From the IMG/VR virus record IMGVR_UViG_3300030049_000004: 39,791 nucleotides of DNA; one strand, written 5' to 3'. A program made the translations under genes and the position numbers. The notes below the pieces were generated by a model, which worked only from the letters and a program-made list of their open reading frames with translations, did no database searches and was not told the DNA's origin. Positions 39,396 through 39,791 of this stretch are shown here, piece after piece. Origin of the DNA: a virus. Every line of letters starts with the position of its first letter. The first letter of the stretch is position 1.

Positions 39396-39791
39396 AGAAT
39401 ATTATAGCATCGAGAATCTCTCACGCATCAAACGCAATATCGCTACATCTTATTTGTACTTTGAAGACAATTACAAGCGGTTTAGAGACTTTCGCAGGTT
39501 TGTGTTTTGTGAATCGGTCACTGAAGACCAGCGTTCCATGCTTCGTAGACTTAATCGACCGGCTACGGAATTCAACATTTTAGAGGCGTTTATTAGTCGA
39601 TTGCTGGGTGAGTTCAGCAAGCAAGAGCCATCGATTGTTGTATCACCAGCTGAGGACGCGCCAATACCCGACGAACTATTAAAGCTTATTGAAAATAACA
39701 TACGTCACGTCATGTATGACGCTAACAAAAACTCATTTGCTTATGAGATTTACAAAGACTTGTTGTCTGGTGGATTCTCAGTCGGCAAGGT
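39382..39791 (+). CDS. Portal protein, 5' portion (3'-partial at window end; continues at nt 128 via the overlap)
   Basis: ATG 39382 (ATGGCGGACAATAA overlaps the terL stop). MADNKEYYSIENLSRIKRNIATSYLYFEDNYKRFRDFRRFVF.. runs in frame into the 127-bp repeat. Confidence 0.8.
   Translation, partial: MADNKEYYSIENLSRIKRNIATSYLYFEDNYKRFRDFRRFVFCESVTEDQRSMLRRLNRPATEFNILEAFISRLLGEFSKQEPSIVVSPAEDAPIPDELLKLIENNIRHVMYDANKNSFAYEIYKDLLSGGFSVGK
39665..39791. repeat. Terminal direct repeat copy 2 (equals 1-127)
   Basis: 127/127 identical to the window start. Confidence 0.97.

Overview
This window is one complete, AT-rich (about 40% G+C by eye) tailed-phage genome, not a chromosomal segment. Nt 1-127 repeat exactly at 39665-39791, so the unit is 39,664 bp (circular or terminally redundant). 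The portal gene (ATG 39382 to stop 1901) is cut by the linearisation point. All family calls come from motifs read by eye; no searches were run. The layout is podovirus-like with a P22-type morphogenesis order: small and large terminase, portal, scaffold, coat, gp4-like adaptor, gp10-like hub and three ejection-type proteins. After these come a seven-gene fibre cluster, a T4-type lysozyme and VRR-NUC. The replication/recombination module has no polymerase. It comprises a lambda-O-like initiator with four internal iterons, an SF2 helicase, an AAA_24-like ATPase, a DUF669-like protein and a Cas4/RecB-like nuclease. No integrase, CI-type repressor, reverse transcriptase, CRISPR array or rRNA was seen. 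There are four transcription blocks, and three near-perfect sigma70 promoters (TTGCAA-N17-TATAAT) drive the leftward ones. Points worth a second look: (1) an RNA-centred accessory cluster: a tRNA with an over-long anticodon arm, a cold-shock-domain protein and a CsrA homologue, with an A8 slippery run that could fuse an upstream zinc-ribbon ORF to CsrA; (2) a 410-bp island inside the late operon with tiny hydrophobic peptides on the opposite strand behind an SD-occluding hairpin; (3) two mosaic paralogous fibre genes built from reshuffled about-25-aa modules, followed by an orphan fibre 3' end with a 9-bp x4 tandem repeat and its own terminator; (4) five homing-endonuclease-like genes, about 8% of the genome; (5) a Cro-like / small membrane peptide / DUF1003 cassette and a 40-aa lipoprotein embedded in the replication operon.
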